Source: Elusimicrobiota bacterium
Lineage (GTDB): Bacteria > Elusimicrobiota > Elusimicrobia > UBA1565 > UBA9628
DNA length: 44,665 bases
Direction: 5' to 3'
Assembly: GCA_016204945.1 (NCBI GenBank)
Contig: JACQJQ010000208.1
Location: 1 to 44,665, forward strand
Part shown: piece by piece, positions 27,454-39,035 of the stretch
Layout: each line of letters begins with the position of its first letter
How positions within the stretch are numbered: position 1 is the first letter of the stretch
Position numbers and translations under genes: made by a program
The notes under the pieces: model-generated
The model's database searches: none
The model's input: the letters and a program-made list of their open reading frames with translations, nothing else
Told to the model about the DNA's origin: nothing

Positions 27454-28644
27454 GTGTTCTCGGCCTTGAGCCACCGCAATTTCCGGCTTTTCTTCTTCGG
27501 CCAGTTGGTCTCCATGATCGGGTCCTGGATGCAGGTCACCGTCCAATCGTGGCTGGTCTACCGCCTGACGAAGGACCCCCTGATGCTGGGCCTGGTCGCC
27601 TTCGTCGGCCAGTTTCCGGCGTTCGTGCTCGGCTTCTACGCGGGCTTCGCCATCGATCACGCCGACCACCTGCGCCTGGTCAAGCGCACGCAGTTCTTCG
27701 CCATGGCGCAGGCCGCGGCGCTGGCTCTGCTGACCTGGGGGGGGCACATCCAGGTGTGGCAGGTCTTCGTCCTGTCCCTGGGCCTCGGCGTGGTCAGCGC
27801 CTTCGATATGCCCGCGCGCCAGGTCCTGATCGGCGAGCTGGTGTCCGTGGAGCACCGGCACAACGCGATCGCGCTCAATTCGACCCTCGTCAATATTTCG
27901 CGCATCATCGGTCCCGCTCTCGCGGGCCTCGCGATCGCCTATACGGGCGAGGCGGGATGCTTCGCGATCAACGCGCTCAGCTATGTCGCCGTGCTGGCCG
28001 CGCTGAAGGCGATGCGGGGCGTGCGCCAGCCTCCTCCCCATGAGCCGGCGGAGGGGCCGTGGCGGGAGATCGGCGAAGGCATGGGCTACGCGTTCGGCCG
28101 CGAGCCGATCCGGCTCGTCCTTCTGACGCTTGGTGTTTTCAGCTTCGTCGCCTTGCCGGTGTACACCCTGCTGCCGGTGTTCGCCGAGGACGTTCTGCGC
28201 TCGGGAGTCCGGGGACTCTGCCTTCTGTCCTCGTTCTCGGGAGCGGGGGCGACGATCGGGGCCTTGGTCTTGGCGCGGCGGCGCGGCGCGGCCGGCGTGG
28301 GCGGCGAGATCATCGCCGGCATGGCCGGCATGGCCGCGGCTCTAGCGGGCATGGCCTGGTCGCGCCGCCTGCCAGCTTCCTGCTTTTTCATGGCGCTCGT
28401 CGGCTGGTGCACGATCAGCGTGCTCGCCGGCGCGAATACGGCGCTCCAGGAGCTTTCCGACGATCGTCACCGCGGCCGCGTGGTGAGCTTCTACTCGATG
28501 ATCTTCGTCGGGATCGCCCCGTTGGGGAGCTTCCTGGCGGGCGGGCTCGCCTCGCGTTTCGGCGTGGCCTGGACCACCGCGGGCATGGCGGCCTGCATGG
28601 TCGCGCTCGCCGCCGGCTACGGCCGCCGCATGCGTGCGATCTAG
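27454..28644 (+). CDS. MFS transporter (MFS_3/EntS-like)
   Basis: ALSHRNFRLFFFGQLVS.IG.WMQ, AFD.PARQ, NAIALNS, RGRV.S.Y; about 12 TMs. Confidence 0.92.
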   Translation: MFSALSHRNFRLFFFGQLVSMIGSWMQVTVQSWLVYRLTKDPLMLGLVAFVGQFPAFVLGFYAGFAIDHADHLRLVKRTQFFAMAQAAALALLTWGGHIQVWQVFVLSLGLGVVSAFDMPARQVLIGELVSVEHRHNAIALNSTLVNISRIIGPALAGLAIAYTGEAGCFAINALSYVAVLAALKAMRGVRQPPPHEPAEGPWREIGEGMGYAFGREPIRLVLLTLGVFSFVALPVYTLLPVFAEDVLRSGVRGLCLLSSFSGAGATIGALVLARRRGAAGVGGEIIAGMAGMAAALAGMAWSRRLPASCFFMALVGWCTISVLAGANTALQELSDDRHRGRVVSFYSMIFVGIAPLGSFLAGGLASRFGVAWTTAGMAACMVALAAGYGRRMRAI

Positions 28645-28716
28645 ACCTTATGTCCTACGAGGAGCCGGGTCTTTAGACCCTTCGCCCGGAGCCGTCCTCG
28701 CGGCTACACTATGGGC

Positions 28717-29043
28717 GTGAACTCCACGGAGATGTACGTCCAGTTCATGTTCACCCTCGCGGTCGGACTCGCGGGCGTCGGCATGGTGCTGAAAACGCTC
28801 CTCGACACGATTCTGCGGGAGTGGGACGCGGTGTACGAAATCCGGAAGCGCTGGCAGTCGCTGTTCCATGCCCGTCCTTACGCGGAATCGGTGCGCGCCG
28901 AGGACATCCTGATGGAGATCGAGCGCGACCACGTCAAGCGCCGCATGCCCGAGCGGCTGATCGACCGCCGCCGCGAGGCCCTGCGCGGCGTCCGCGAGGC
29001 CGAAGACCGGCTCTCCTCGCCGCGCGTCCCCGAAAGCGTCTAG
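28717..29043 (+). CDS. Hypothetical single-TM protein (start GTG 28717 or ATG 28711)
   Basis: One TM then a charged helical tail; TACACT (28705-10) lies 6 nt before GTG 28717. Confidence 0.6.
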   Translation: MNSTEMYVQFMFTLAVGLAGVGMVLKTLLDTILREWDAVYEIRKRWQSLFHARPYAESVRAEDILMEIERDHVKRRMPERLIDRRREALRGVREAEDRLSSPRVPESV

Positions 29044-29091
29044 GCGAGGCCTTCGACTGGCGCGGCCGGGTCGGTTTCGGTACACTGAGGC

Positions 29092-32000
29092 ATGAGCCTT
29101 GAAAAGCGCGCGTTCGGCTGGCGCGCCCAACGCCGACGGGCCGTCGCCCTCGAAGCCGCGGTCCGCATCCTGGGGTGGGGGCTCGCCGCCGCCGCGGCGA
29201 TGGCCGCGGCGGATCGATTGTTGGTCCTGCCGCGTCCGGCGCGGATGGCGGCGTGGCTAGCCGGCGCGGCGGCGCTTGTTCTCGCCGTCCGGCGCGAGCT
29301 CGCGGCGCCTTGGCGCGCGGGAGGCTGGGAGTCTATTTTCGCGGACGCGGCGCGCCGCTGGCCCGCGACGCGCCCGATGTTCTCCTCGGCGTGGGCGCTG
29401 GGCGGCGACCGAGGCGGGCGGGGCGTATCCGAGGAACTGCGCCGCGAGCATCTCGCGCGCGCCGACGCCCTGGCCGCGGGTCTGCCGGAGGAGCCGTTGT
29501 ACCCGTGGAAGCCCACGCGCGCGGCCCGCGCCGGCGCGTTCGCCGGAGCCGCGGCGCTGGCGTTGGGCCTTGCGGCCGGGGCGTCCTGGACGCGCGTGCT
29601 GGCGCCTTGGCTCGATGCGCCTCTCGATCGCCTCGTCGTCCTTTCGCCCGGAGACGCCGGCGTGGATTGGGGCGCGCTGGTCCTCCTGAGCGCTCGGCTT
29701 ACGCCGGAGGGGAAGGCGGCCGGTTTGCGCGGGGCCGACCTGACTCTTGAGACGCGCGGCGCCGACGGAGCGTGGCGCGCGGCGGCGTGGGACGCGGTGG
29801 ACGGGGAGAGCGCCTCCTTCGAGACCGGCGCCCTGACGGGCCGCTTGGACTATCGGGCGCGCCGGCGCGGCATGGTCACGAGCGTCAAGCGCCTGCTTCC
29901 GGTTCCCGCGCCCCGCTTCAAGGACGCGAGGGCGGTCGTTCACGGCTCGCGCGGCGTCAAGACCTTCATCCTCGGGGAGGACGCCGCGGCGCGCGCGCGG
30001 CGCGGAGATTGGGTGACGGTGCGGGGCGTCTCGGAGGCCCCGCTCGCCTCGGCGCTCCTGCGCCTGTCGACTTTGCCCGCGCCGATCGCCATGCGCGAGG
30101 CCGGCGGCGCATGGTCGGCGGGATTTATGGCGGAGGAGGACGCGGCGCTGTCGTTCCTCCTGGTCTCGAGGGACGCGCGGCGCGATCCGTCGCCGCCGGT
30201 CTACGCGTTGTCCGTGCTCGGCGACGCGAAGCCGTCCGTCGAGCTGTTGTCGCCCCAGGTGCCGCTGCAGGCCGGGCCGCGGGATTCTGTGACGATCGCC
30301 TACGCCGCGCGCGACGACGGGGCGCTCACGCGCCTCGAGCTCGTCGTTCATGCGCCGAAGGGGGACGTTCGCCGCGCGCTGACTCTCGAGCGCGGATCGG
30401 CGGAGACGATCGGCGACGCGGCGCTGGCCTTGCGCGAGCACGCCCCGGGCAGCCTCGTCGAATTCTGGCTCGAGGCGTTCGACGACGCGTCTCCGCCGCA
30501 GTCCGCGCGCTCCGAAAAAGGTTCGGTCGAGGTCGTCGACGTCGACGCCGCGCACACGGCGGCCCTCGCGGCGCGCGAAAGGGCGCTGACGGCGCTCGAC
30601 CGCGCCGCCGAGGCGGCGGAGGCGGCCGCGAAGGCCTCCGCCGCCGGCGACGATCGCGCCGCGCGCGAGACCGCGCGGCGCGTCTCGGGGCTGTGGCCGG
30701 TCGCGGCGGGCGCCGTCATGGCCTGGAATGAGGCGATGAGGGACGACGTCCGGGCCAACCCCGGCCTTGCCGACCAGGCCGCGGCCGCCGCCGAGAGCCT
30801 GGCCGCCGCCGGCATGGAGGGCCTGCCGAAGGCCGCCTCGGCCCTGGAACGGGGCGACTTCGCGGGATCCGCGCGCGAGCAGACGGCGCTGGCCGAGCAG
30901 GCGCGCGCGGCCTCGTCGGCCCTGCGCGCCGGCTCGAGCGTGCAGAGCGCCCAGGACATGGCCGATCGCGCCTACGATGCGGAGCGCGAGGGCCGAGAGA
31001 TCGGCGAATCCATCGAACGCATGAAGGGCGCGCTCGCGCCCGCGCAGGCCGCGGAGCTCCAGCGGGCCCTGGACGCCGTGGACTCTGCGCTCGAGGAGCT
31101 CCGGAAATCGATCGACGCGCTTCCCGAGGCGTCGCCGGAAGCGGGCCAGGTCCGGGAGCTGCCGCTCAATGACGCCCGCGAGTCGGCGGCCGCCCTGCGC
31201 CGCGCCCTGCGTGGCGGCGACGCCGCCGGCGCCGCCAAGGCGGCGAGAGAGCTCGCGGAGAGGCTCTCCCGGGTCGCGAAGGGCTTGCGCGAGTCGGGCC
31301 GGCGCGTCGCCGGCGGGCAGGCCGGCCGCGCGAAGGAGGCGGCCGAACGCGTCGCCCAGGCGTGGCGGGAGGCGGTCGCGCGCCAGGAAAAAGCCGTCGA
31401 GGCCGCGCGCCGTCGGGAGAACGCGCGGCTGGCGGGAATGGTCCGCGCGCAAAAGGAGCTGCTGCTGCGGACGCAGGACGCGATCGACTCGGCGCTGTCC
31501 TCCGCCCCCTCGGCCGAGACCGAACGCGCGGCCCGGGCGGCGCGCGAGAGCCTCTCGGCGGGCAGGATCGACGAGGCGGTCGGGCGCCTGCGCGCGGCGA
31601 AGGCGCTCCATGCCGCCGCGGCCGCCCTCGAGCGCGGCGTCGGCGCCCCCGTTCCCGACCCGGGCGCGGCGCGCGAGGCGGCCGACGCGCAGGCCTCGGC
31701 GCGCGAGTCGGCGGGCCGCTTGCGGCGGGAGGTCTCCGGCGCGGCCGGCCTTCTCGGCTTCATGCCCGGGGGGCCGGTGCGCCGCATCGACGACGCCATG
31801 TCCGAGCAGGCGGCGAGCGAGGCGTTTCAGCGCCGCGGGGACGCGGCCGAGGGCCTGCGCCGGGGCGAGGCCGCTCTCGCGATCCTTCAGGAGGGCGACA
31901 AGGATTCCTCCGGCGGCCCGTCAGGGGGGGGCGCTTCCGGCATGGGCGGGGCAATGAGCCGTCCGTTCGAAATGCCGGGAAGCGTCGTGCGCGCCGCGCC

Positions 32001-32166
32001 TCGCGGCGCCCGGGGAAGCGCGACGGGACGCGTGCGCCTGCCCTCCGCCGACGAATACAGGCCTCCGCGCGAGCTGCGCGAGGAGCTCGAGCGCTCCCTG
32101 CGCGAGCCGCGTCCCGCCGCCCACGATTCCGCGATCAAGGAGTATTTCCGCCGCCTGGTCCGGTGA
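29092..32166 (+). CDS. Large membrane-anchored coiled-coil protein, DUF4175-like
   Basis: 3 N-terminal TMs, Ig-like segments (D.KP.VEL..P, YAARDDG.L, EAFD), long Ala-rich helices, C-terminal V.LP..D.Y..P.E.R.E....EYFRRL. Confidence 0.7.
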   Translation: MSLEKRAFGWRAQRRRAVALEAAVRILGWGLAAAAAMAAADRLLVLPRPARMAAWLAGAAALVLAVRRELAAPWRAGGWESIFADAARRWPATRPMFSSAWALGGDRGGRGVSEELRREHLARADALAAGLPEEPLYPWKPTRAARAGAFAGAAALALGLAAGASWTRVLAPWLDAPLDRLVVLSPGDAGVDWGALVLLSARLTPEGKAAGLRGADLTLETRGADGAWRAAAWDAVDGESASFETGALTGRLDYRARRRGMVTSVKRLLPVPAPRFKDARAVVHGSRGVKTFILGEDAAARARRGDWVTVRGVSEAPLASALLRLSTLPAPIAMREAGGAWSAGFMAEEDAALSFLLVSRDARRDPSPPVYALSVLGDAKPSVELLSPQVPLQAGPRDSVTIAYAARDDGALTRLELVVHAPKGDVRRALTLERGSAETIGDAALALREHAPGSLVEFWLEAFDDASPPQSARSEKGSVEVVDVDAAHTAALAARERALTALDRAAEAAEAAAKASAAGDDRAARETARRVSGLWPVAAGAVMAWNEAMRDDVRANPGLADQAAAAAESLAAAGMEGLPKAASALERGDFAGSAREQTALAEQARAASSALRAGSSVQSAQDMADRAYDAEREGREIGESIERMKGALAPAQAAELQRALDAVDSALEELRKSIDALPEASPEAGQVRELPLNDARESAAALRRALRGGDAAGAAKAARELAERLSRVAKGLRESGRRVAGGQAGRAKEAAERVAQAWREAVARQEKAVEAARRRENARLAGMVRAQKELLLRTQDAIDSALSSAPSAETERAARAARESLSAGRIDEAVGRLRAAKALHAAAAALERGVGAPVPDPGAAREAADAQASARESAGRLRREVSGAAGLLGFMPGGPVRRIDDAMSEQAASEAFQRRGDAAEGLRRGEAALAILQEGDKDSSGGPSGGGASGMGGAMSRPFEMPGSVVRAAPRGARGSATGRVRLPSADEYRPPRELREELERSLREPRPAAHDSAIKEYFRRLVR

Positions 32167-32201
32167 GTGCCGGGCCCGACACTTATCGTATAATCGCGCC
32201 G

Positions 32202-32855
32202 ATGTCATTCCAGGGAAGCGTCGAGGCGAACTGCCCCTCCTGCGCGGACGGATTCACCGCTCCGGTCTGGAGCTTCGTGCATGGCGGCAAGGACGCGGTC
32301 CTGCGCGATCAGGCCAAGGCCATGGAGTGCAATATGCTCCTGTGCCCGAGCTGCGGGGCGGCGTTCCTGCCCGAGGCCGCCTGGATCTACTACGAGCCCG
32401 AGGAGGAGATACTGGCCTTCGTCTTCCCGGCGTCGTTCAAGGCCGAAGAGGCCAAGTGGCGCGACAAAATGAAGGCGGATTTCGTCGCCATGCGCGAGGC
32501 GCTCGGCGACCATCTGCCGGTCGGCCACGAGCCCGAGGTGTTCTTCGGCCCCGAGGGCCTCGCCCGGCTCCTCGAGCTCGAAGATTGGCGCCGCGACGAG
32601 CGCGACGTCATGGCTTCTTTCGCCGCGGAACTCAAGCTCTCCCTGTACAAGTCGAGCCCCGCGTGGGCGCGCGAGCATGGCGCTCCGTCGTGGCTCCCCT
32701 ACGAGGGCAAGGCGCCGACGCGCGGCGCCGTGATCGCCGGCATCAAGAAGCTCGTCGAGGCCAACGACCGCCTCACGACCTGGTCCGATTATCTGGGGCG
32801 GCTCGAGAAGGATCCCGCCGCGGGCCTGCCGCCCGCCGCGATGGCGGCGCATTGA
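32202..32855 (+). CDS. CpXC-domain zinc-ribbon protein
   Basis: CPSC...W......D..LR......CPSCG......YY.P; TATAAT (32189-94) 7 nt upstream of ATG 32202. Confidence 0.8.
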   Translation: MSFQGSVEANCPSCADGFTAPVWSFVHGGKDAVLRDQAKAMECNMLLCPSCGAAFLPEAAWIYYEPEEEILAFVFPASFKAEEAKWRDKMKADFVAMREALGDHLPVGHEPEVFFGPEGLARLLELEDWRRDERDVMASFAAELKLSLYKSSPAWAREHGAPSWLPYEGKAPTRGAVIAGIKKLVEANDRLTTWSDYLGRLEKDPAAGLPPAAMAAH

Positions 32856-34024
32856 GCGGGCGCCCCGTCCGCGCCGCCGTTCCCTCCGCGGCGGCGAAGA
32901 TCCTGGGGCCGCTCGCCGAGGAGGCGCGCGCGCGCGGCACGCCGCTGTACGCCGTCGGCGGCCCCGTGCGCGATTGGCTCATGCGGCGCTCCAATTTCGA
33001 CCTCGACCTGACCGTCGCGGGCGACCCGGACCCGATCGCCGCCGCGGCGGCCCGCCTGCTCGGCGGGCGCGTCGAGGCGTTCGGCCGTTTCGGCACGCGC
33101 CGCATCGTATCGGGGGGGAAGTTCCGCGTCGACGTCGCGACCACGCGTTCCGAATCCTATCCCAAGCCCGCCTGCCTGCCCGTGGTTCAGGCGGTCCGGG
33201 TTCCCATCGAGCGCGACCTGTTTCGGCGGGACTTCACGATCAACGCGCTGGCCATGCGGCTTGACGACGGCTCGCACGCCCTGACCGACCCATACGGCGG
33301 ACTGCGCGACATGAAGGCCCGGGTCCTGCGCGTCCTTCATCCCGCGAGCTTCCGCGACGATCCGACGCGCGTGTTCCGCGCGGCGCGCTTCCTCGGCCGG
33401 TTCGGCTACCGCCCCGCCGCCGGCATGGTCGATGAAGCCAAGGCCGCGCTGGCGGCCGGCCACGCCGCCCGGCTCTCCGCGCACCGCCTGCTGCACGAGC
33501 TCGTGAGCCTCCTGGGCGAGAGGGATCCGCGCGCGGCGTTCGCGCTGCTGAAGGCTTGGGGCTACTCAGGCCTTCTGCATCCGGCATTGCCGCTCAAGCC
33601 CGCCCTGCCGCCCGGCGTCGAGCCGCGTCTGGCGGCGCTGGCGCTCGGGCTGGGTCCGGCGAGGGGCCGGACCTTCGTGGACGCTTTTCCCCATGAGCAC
33701 AAGCGCCGCACGCGTCTGCACGAGACGCTGGAGCTGGCTTTCTCGGACAAATCCCCGCGCGTCGTATGCGAGGCCTCGGTCGCCGCCTCCGTGCGCCGCT
33801 TTTTTCCGAAACTGCCCCCGAGCGCGCTCAAGCCGCGCTTCCTCGCGGGTTCCGACTTGATCGCCGCGGGACTCAAGCCCGGACCGGATTTCCACGGGCT
33901 GTTGGACGAGGCCGCGCGCCTGCAGCGCGCGGGGGAATTGACGACCCGCGCCGCGGCCCGGGCTTGGCTCAAGAAACGGCTCCGTCCGGCAATTCCGATT
34001 TTGTACAATCCGGGCCTTCCATGA
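32852..34024 (+). CDS. Class II tRNA nucleotidyltransferase, probably A-adding subtype
   Basis: TTG 32852 overlaps the CpXC stop; [38 protein letters not shown]. Confidence 0.88.
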   Translation: MSGRPVRAAVPSAAAKILGPLAEEARARGTPLYAVGGPVRDWLMRRSNFDLDLTVAGDPDPIAAAAARLLGGRVEAFGRFGTRRIVSGGKFRVDVATTRSESYPKPACLPVVQAVRVPIERDLFRRDFTINALAMRLDDGSHALTDPYGGLRDMKARVLRVLHPASFRDDPTRVFRAARFLGRFGYRPAAGMVDEAKAALAAGHAARLSAHRLLHELVSLLGERDPRAAFALLKAWGYSGLLHPALPLKPALPPGVEPRLAALALGLGPARGRTFVDAFPHEHKRRTRLHETLELAFSDKSPRVVCEASVAASVRRFFPKLPPSALKPRFLAGSDLIAAGLKPGPDFHGLLDEAARLQRAGELTTRAAARAWLKKRLRPAIPILYNPGLP

Positions 34025-34815
34025 GAAAATCCGCCACGTCTGGAATGCAGGCCGTCATTCTCGCCGGCGGGTTGGGCACGCGGATCAGCGAGGAAACCTC
34101 CCTGCGGCCCAAGCCGATGATCGAGATCGGCGGCAAGCCGATCTTGTGGCATATCCTGAAGATTTATTCCCGCCACGGCATCAACGACTTCATCGTCTGC
34201 CTCGGCTACAAGGGCTACGTCATCAAGGACTACTTCGCCGACTACTTCATGCACACGTCGAGCGTCACCTTCGACATGCAGAAGAACCGGATGACCGTGC
34301 ACGACAACAACTCCGAGCCCTGGCGCGTGACTTTGGTCGACACCGGCGACGAGACGATGACCGGCGGCCGCCTTAAGAGGGTTCAAGCTCACCTCGGCGG
34401 CGGTCCCTTCTGCCTGACCTACGGAGACGGCGTGTCGGATGTGGACATCTCCGCGTCGATCGCGTTCCACCGCCGGAATAAGGCCGTCGCGACGCTGACC
34501 GCGGTCCAGGCTCCCACGCGCTTCGGCGTTCTCGACATGAAGGGCGACCGCGTGACCAGCTTCCGCGAAAAGGTTCCGGGCGACGCCGGCTGGATCAACG
34601 GCGGCTTTTTCATCGTCGAACGGGAGGCGCTCGGGCTCATCAAGGACGACGCGACGCGCTGGGAAGCGGGGCCGCTGCAGACCCTCGCCCGCAAGGGCCA
34701 GCTCGCGGCGTACAAGCACAAGGGCTTCTGGCAGCCGATGGATACCCTGCGCGACAAGGCGTACCTCGAGGAGCTGTGGGCGTCGGGCCGGGCCCCCTGG
34801 AAGGTCTGGGCGTGA
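34021..34815 (+). CDS. rfbF: Glucose-1-phosphate cytidylyltransferase (start 34021 or 34045)
   Basis: [61 protein letters not shown]. Confidence 0.95.
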   Translation: MRKSATSGMQAVILAGGLGTRISEETSLRPKPMIEIGGKPILWHILKIYSRHGINDFIVCLGYKGYVIKDYFADYFMHTSSVTFDMQKNRMTVHDNNSEPWRVTLVDTGDETMTGGRLKRVQAHLGGGPFCLTYGDGVSDVDISASIAFHRRNKAVATLTAVQAPTRFGVLDMKGDRVTSFREKVPGDAGWINGGFFIVEREALGLIKDDATRWEAGPLQTLARKGQLAAYKHKGFWQPMDTLRDKAYLEELWASGRAPWKVWA

Positions 34816-35941
34816 GGGCCGCGTTCGGAGGCGCCTTCTCCGGACGCGTCGTTCTGGTGACCGGGCACACGGGCTTCAAGGGCGCGTGGCTGGCTCTTTG
34901 GCTGCGCGAGCTTGGCGCGAAGGTCGTCGGCTGCGCCCTGCCGCCGGACGCCGAGTCGGGTCTTTTCGAACGGGCGGGCCTCGGGCGCCTCATCGACTCC
35001 CGCTTGGGCGACGTGCGCGACCCCGCGTTTCTCAAGGGAATCCTCGATGAGGCGCGCCCGGAGATCGTCTTCCACCTGGCCGCCCAACCGTTGGTGCGCG
35101 CCTCCTACGAGCGGCCCGCCGAGACCTTCGCCACGAACGTGCTCGGGACCTCGAATCTGCTCGAGGCCGTGCGTCATCAGGATTCCGTGCGCGCCTGCCT
35201 GATCATCACCACGGACAAGTGCTACGAAAACCGCGAGGCGGACCGCGCCTACCGCGAAAGCGATCGCCTCGGAGGCCGCGACCCTTACAGCGCGAGCAAG
35301 GCGTGCGCGGAGCTCGTCGTCTCGGCTTACCGCGACTCGTTTTTCTCCGGCGCGGCCGCCAAGGGGCGCGCCGTCTCGGTGAGCTCGGCTCGCGCCGGCA
35401 ACGTGATCGGCGGCGGCGACTGGGCGCGGGACCGTCTGGTTCCCGATTGCATCCGCGCGCTCGAGGCCGGGCGGCCGATCTCCGTGCGCAATCCGCGCTC
35501 CGTGCGGCCTTGGCAGTTCGTCTTGGAGCCGTTGTCGGGCTACCTGAGCCTCGCCGCGCATCAGCTCGCGGCGTCCGGAAGCGGCGCCGAGGCTTGGAAC
35601 TTCGGCCCGCCGTCCGGGGAGGAGCGCACGGCGGCGCAGATCGCCGAACTCGTCGTGCGCGGCTGGGGTTCAGGACGCTGGACCGCCGCGGACGACTCGG
35701 CGGCTCCGCATGAGGCCGGACTTCTCAAGCTCGACAGCTCCAAGGCTCGAGAGCGGCTCTCCTGGAGGCCGGTTTACGGCGTCGACGAGGCCGTCGCTCG
35801 GACCGTGGCCTGGTACCGGGCGGCCGCCGCCCCCGGCTTCGACGCGCTCGCGTTCACGCGCGGCCAGATCGCGGACTACGCGGAGGCGGCGCGCAGGACG
35901 GGCCTTCCCTGGGCCGGGGAGCGCGCCGCCTCGGGCCTCTC

Positions 35942-35945
<4 letters not shown>
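34812..35945 (+). CDS. rfbG: CDP-glucose 4,6-dehydratase
   Basis: [57 protein letters not shown]; GTGA overlap. Confidence 0.95.
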
Positions 35946-37285
<1,340 letters not shown>

Positions 37286-37286
37286 C

Positions 37287-38117
37287 ATGGCTACCGCCGA
37301 TGACCGCCGCCTTGATCCGAGGACGCTGCGCCGCCATATCGTCCGCATGGCGTCCGCCGGGAACTCCGTCCATTTGGGGTGCGCCTTTTCCGTCGTGGAG
37401 ATCATGGCCGTGCTGTATTCCCGCTTTTTGGCGGCGGGCCCCGACGTGGCCGGCTCCCCGGATCGCGACTACATGATCCTGTCCAAAGGCCACGGCGTCA
37501 TGGCGATGTACGCCTGCTTTCGGGAGATCGGCCGTCTGCCGCAGGAGGCGCTCGATCGTTATTTTTCCGACGGCTCCCTTCTCCACGGGCTTTGCGAATG
37601 GACGGTTCCCGGCTGCGAAGTCACGACCGGCTCGATGGGGCATGGCCTGCCGATCGCCGCGGGTGTCGCGCTCGGCCTCAAGCGCCGGGGCAGGACGGAC
37701 CGGAAGGTCTACTGCCTGGTCGGCGACGGGGAAATGAACGAGGGGCCCATGTGGGAGGCCCTGCTTTTCGCCGCGCACCATCAACTGGACAATCTGATCG
37801 TGATTCTCGATGCGAACGGATTCCAAGCCATGGGCCCGACCTCCGCCGTGCTGAACTTGGAGCCGCTTGCCGCGAAGTTCCGCGGCTTCGGCTTCGAGAC
37901 GCGGGAGTGCGGCGGCCATGACGCGGCCGCGCTGGAAGAAAACATCCGCGCGTTGACGGAGAATAAATCCGGGACCGCGCCCAAGGCGCTGATCGCCCGG
38001 ACCGTCAAGGGAAAGGGCGTGAGCTTCATGGAGGGCAACAACGACTGGCATTACCTGCGCCTCGACGCGGAAACGAAGGCGCGCGCGTTGAGCGAGCTGG
38101 GGGGGGCGGATGCGTAG
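37287..38117 (+). CDS. Transketolase-like enzyme, TPP-binding subunit
   Basis: ILSKGH, TTGSMGHGL, GDGE.NEG..WEA...N TPP motif, TVKGKG.SFME...WH. Confidence 0.9.
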   Translation: MATADDRRLDPRTLRRHIVRMASAGNSVHLGCAFSVVEIMAVLYSRFLAAGPDVAGSPDRDYMILSKGHGVMAMYACFREIGRLPQEALDRYFSDGSLLHGLCEWTVPGCEVTTGSMGHGLPIAAGVALGLKRRGRTDRKVYCLVGDGEMNEGPMWEALLFAAHHQLDNLIVILDANGFQAMGPTSAVLNLEPLAAKFRGFGFETRECGGHDAAALEENIRALTENKSGTAPKALIARTVKGKGVSFMEGNNDWHYLRLDAETKARALSELGGADA

Positions 38118-39012
38118 CCTCCTGGCGGATCTGATCGCGCGCGCGGCCGAGCGGGACCCCGATTTCCTGGCGCTCTCCGGCGACCACGGCTACGCGCTCT
38201 TCGATCCCATCCGCAAGGATCGGCCCGGGCAATTCTTGAACGTCGGCGTGATGGAGCAGGCGATGGTCGGGATCGCGGCCGGCCTCTGCAAGCAGGGCTT
38301 CAGGCCGATGCTGTACGGCCTCTCCGCTTTCGTGCCGATCCGCGTCCTCGAGCAGATCAAGCTCGACGTCTGCTTCCCCGGCCTTCCCGTGATTTTCGTG
38401 GGCGACGGGGCGGGGCTCGTCTATTCGACCTTGGGCGCCTCGCACCAGTGCGGGGAGGACGTCGCCGCGCTGCGTCCTCTGCCGAACATCCGGATCTACT
38501 CGCCCTGCGACGCGGAGGAGCTCCGCGCGTGCTGGCGGGAGATCCTGGGCCGGCGCGGCCCGTGCTACCTGCGCGTCGGCAAGAGCGACCGCCCGGCCGT
38601 CCATCAATCCCCGCTCCAAGGCACGGAGCCCCATTTCACGCACCAAGTCGAGAGCTCGAAGACCTGTCTCGTGGCGCACGGCTCGATGGCCGTCGCCGCG
38701 ACCGAGAGGGGGCGCGCGATGCGACTGCCCGTCTTGTCCGTGCCGCGCGTCAAGCCGCTGGGAGACGCGCCCGCGGCGCTTTTGCGTCCGTTTTCGAACA
38801 TCATCGTGCTCGAGGAGCACAGCCGCCACGGCGGCCTGGCTTCGGCCTTGGCCGAGCTTTTTTGCGGGATGCCGCCGCCCGCCCCGCGGATTCGGGCCGT
38901 CGCGCTCGAGGACAAGTTCGCCGCGCGGTGCGGCTCGTACCAGTACGCCCTTTCGGAGCATCGGATGGCCGACCACCAGCTCGAGGCCCGGATCGGGGAG
39001 CTTTTGGACTGA
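38110..39012 (+). CDS. Transketolase-like enzyme, pyrimidine-binding/C-terminal subunit
   Basis: FLNVGV.EQ.M.G.AAG, LG.SH...ED, P.YLR, EEH...GGL. Confidence 0.88.
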   Translation: MRSLLADLIARAAERDPDFLALSGDHGYALFDPIRKDRPGQFLNVGVMEQAMVGIAAGLCKQGFRPMLYGLSAFVPIRVLEQIKLDVCFPGLPVIFVGDGAGLVYSTLGASHQCGEDVAALRPLPNIRIYSPCDAEELRACWREILGRRGPCYLRVGKSDRPAVHQSPLQGTEPHFTHQVESSKTCLVAHGSMAVAATERGRAMRLPVLSVPRVKPLGDAPAALLRPFSNIIVLEEHSRHGGLASALAELFCGMPPPAPRIRAVALEDKFAARCGSYQYALSEHRMADHQLEARIGELLD

Positions 39013-39035
39013 TCGTCGAGGAGGGTGCGCGCACC

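Noticed and set aside
30540-31900. Apparent GCC/GCG repetitiveness in the large membrane gene
   Set aside because: Explained by Ala-rich coiled-coil coding; no discrete tandem repeat unit.
37287-39012. Transketolase pair as the pentose-phosphate housekeeping enzyme
   Set aside because: Its position inside the CDP-sugar operon favours a sugar-modification role; not excluded without phylogeny.
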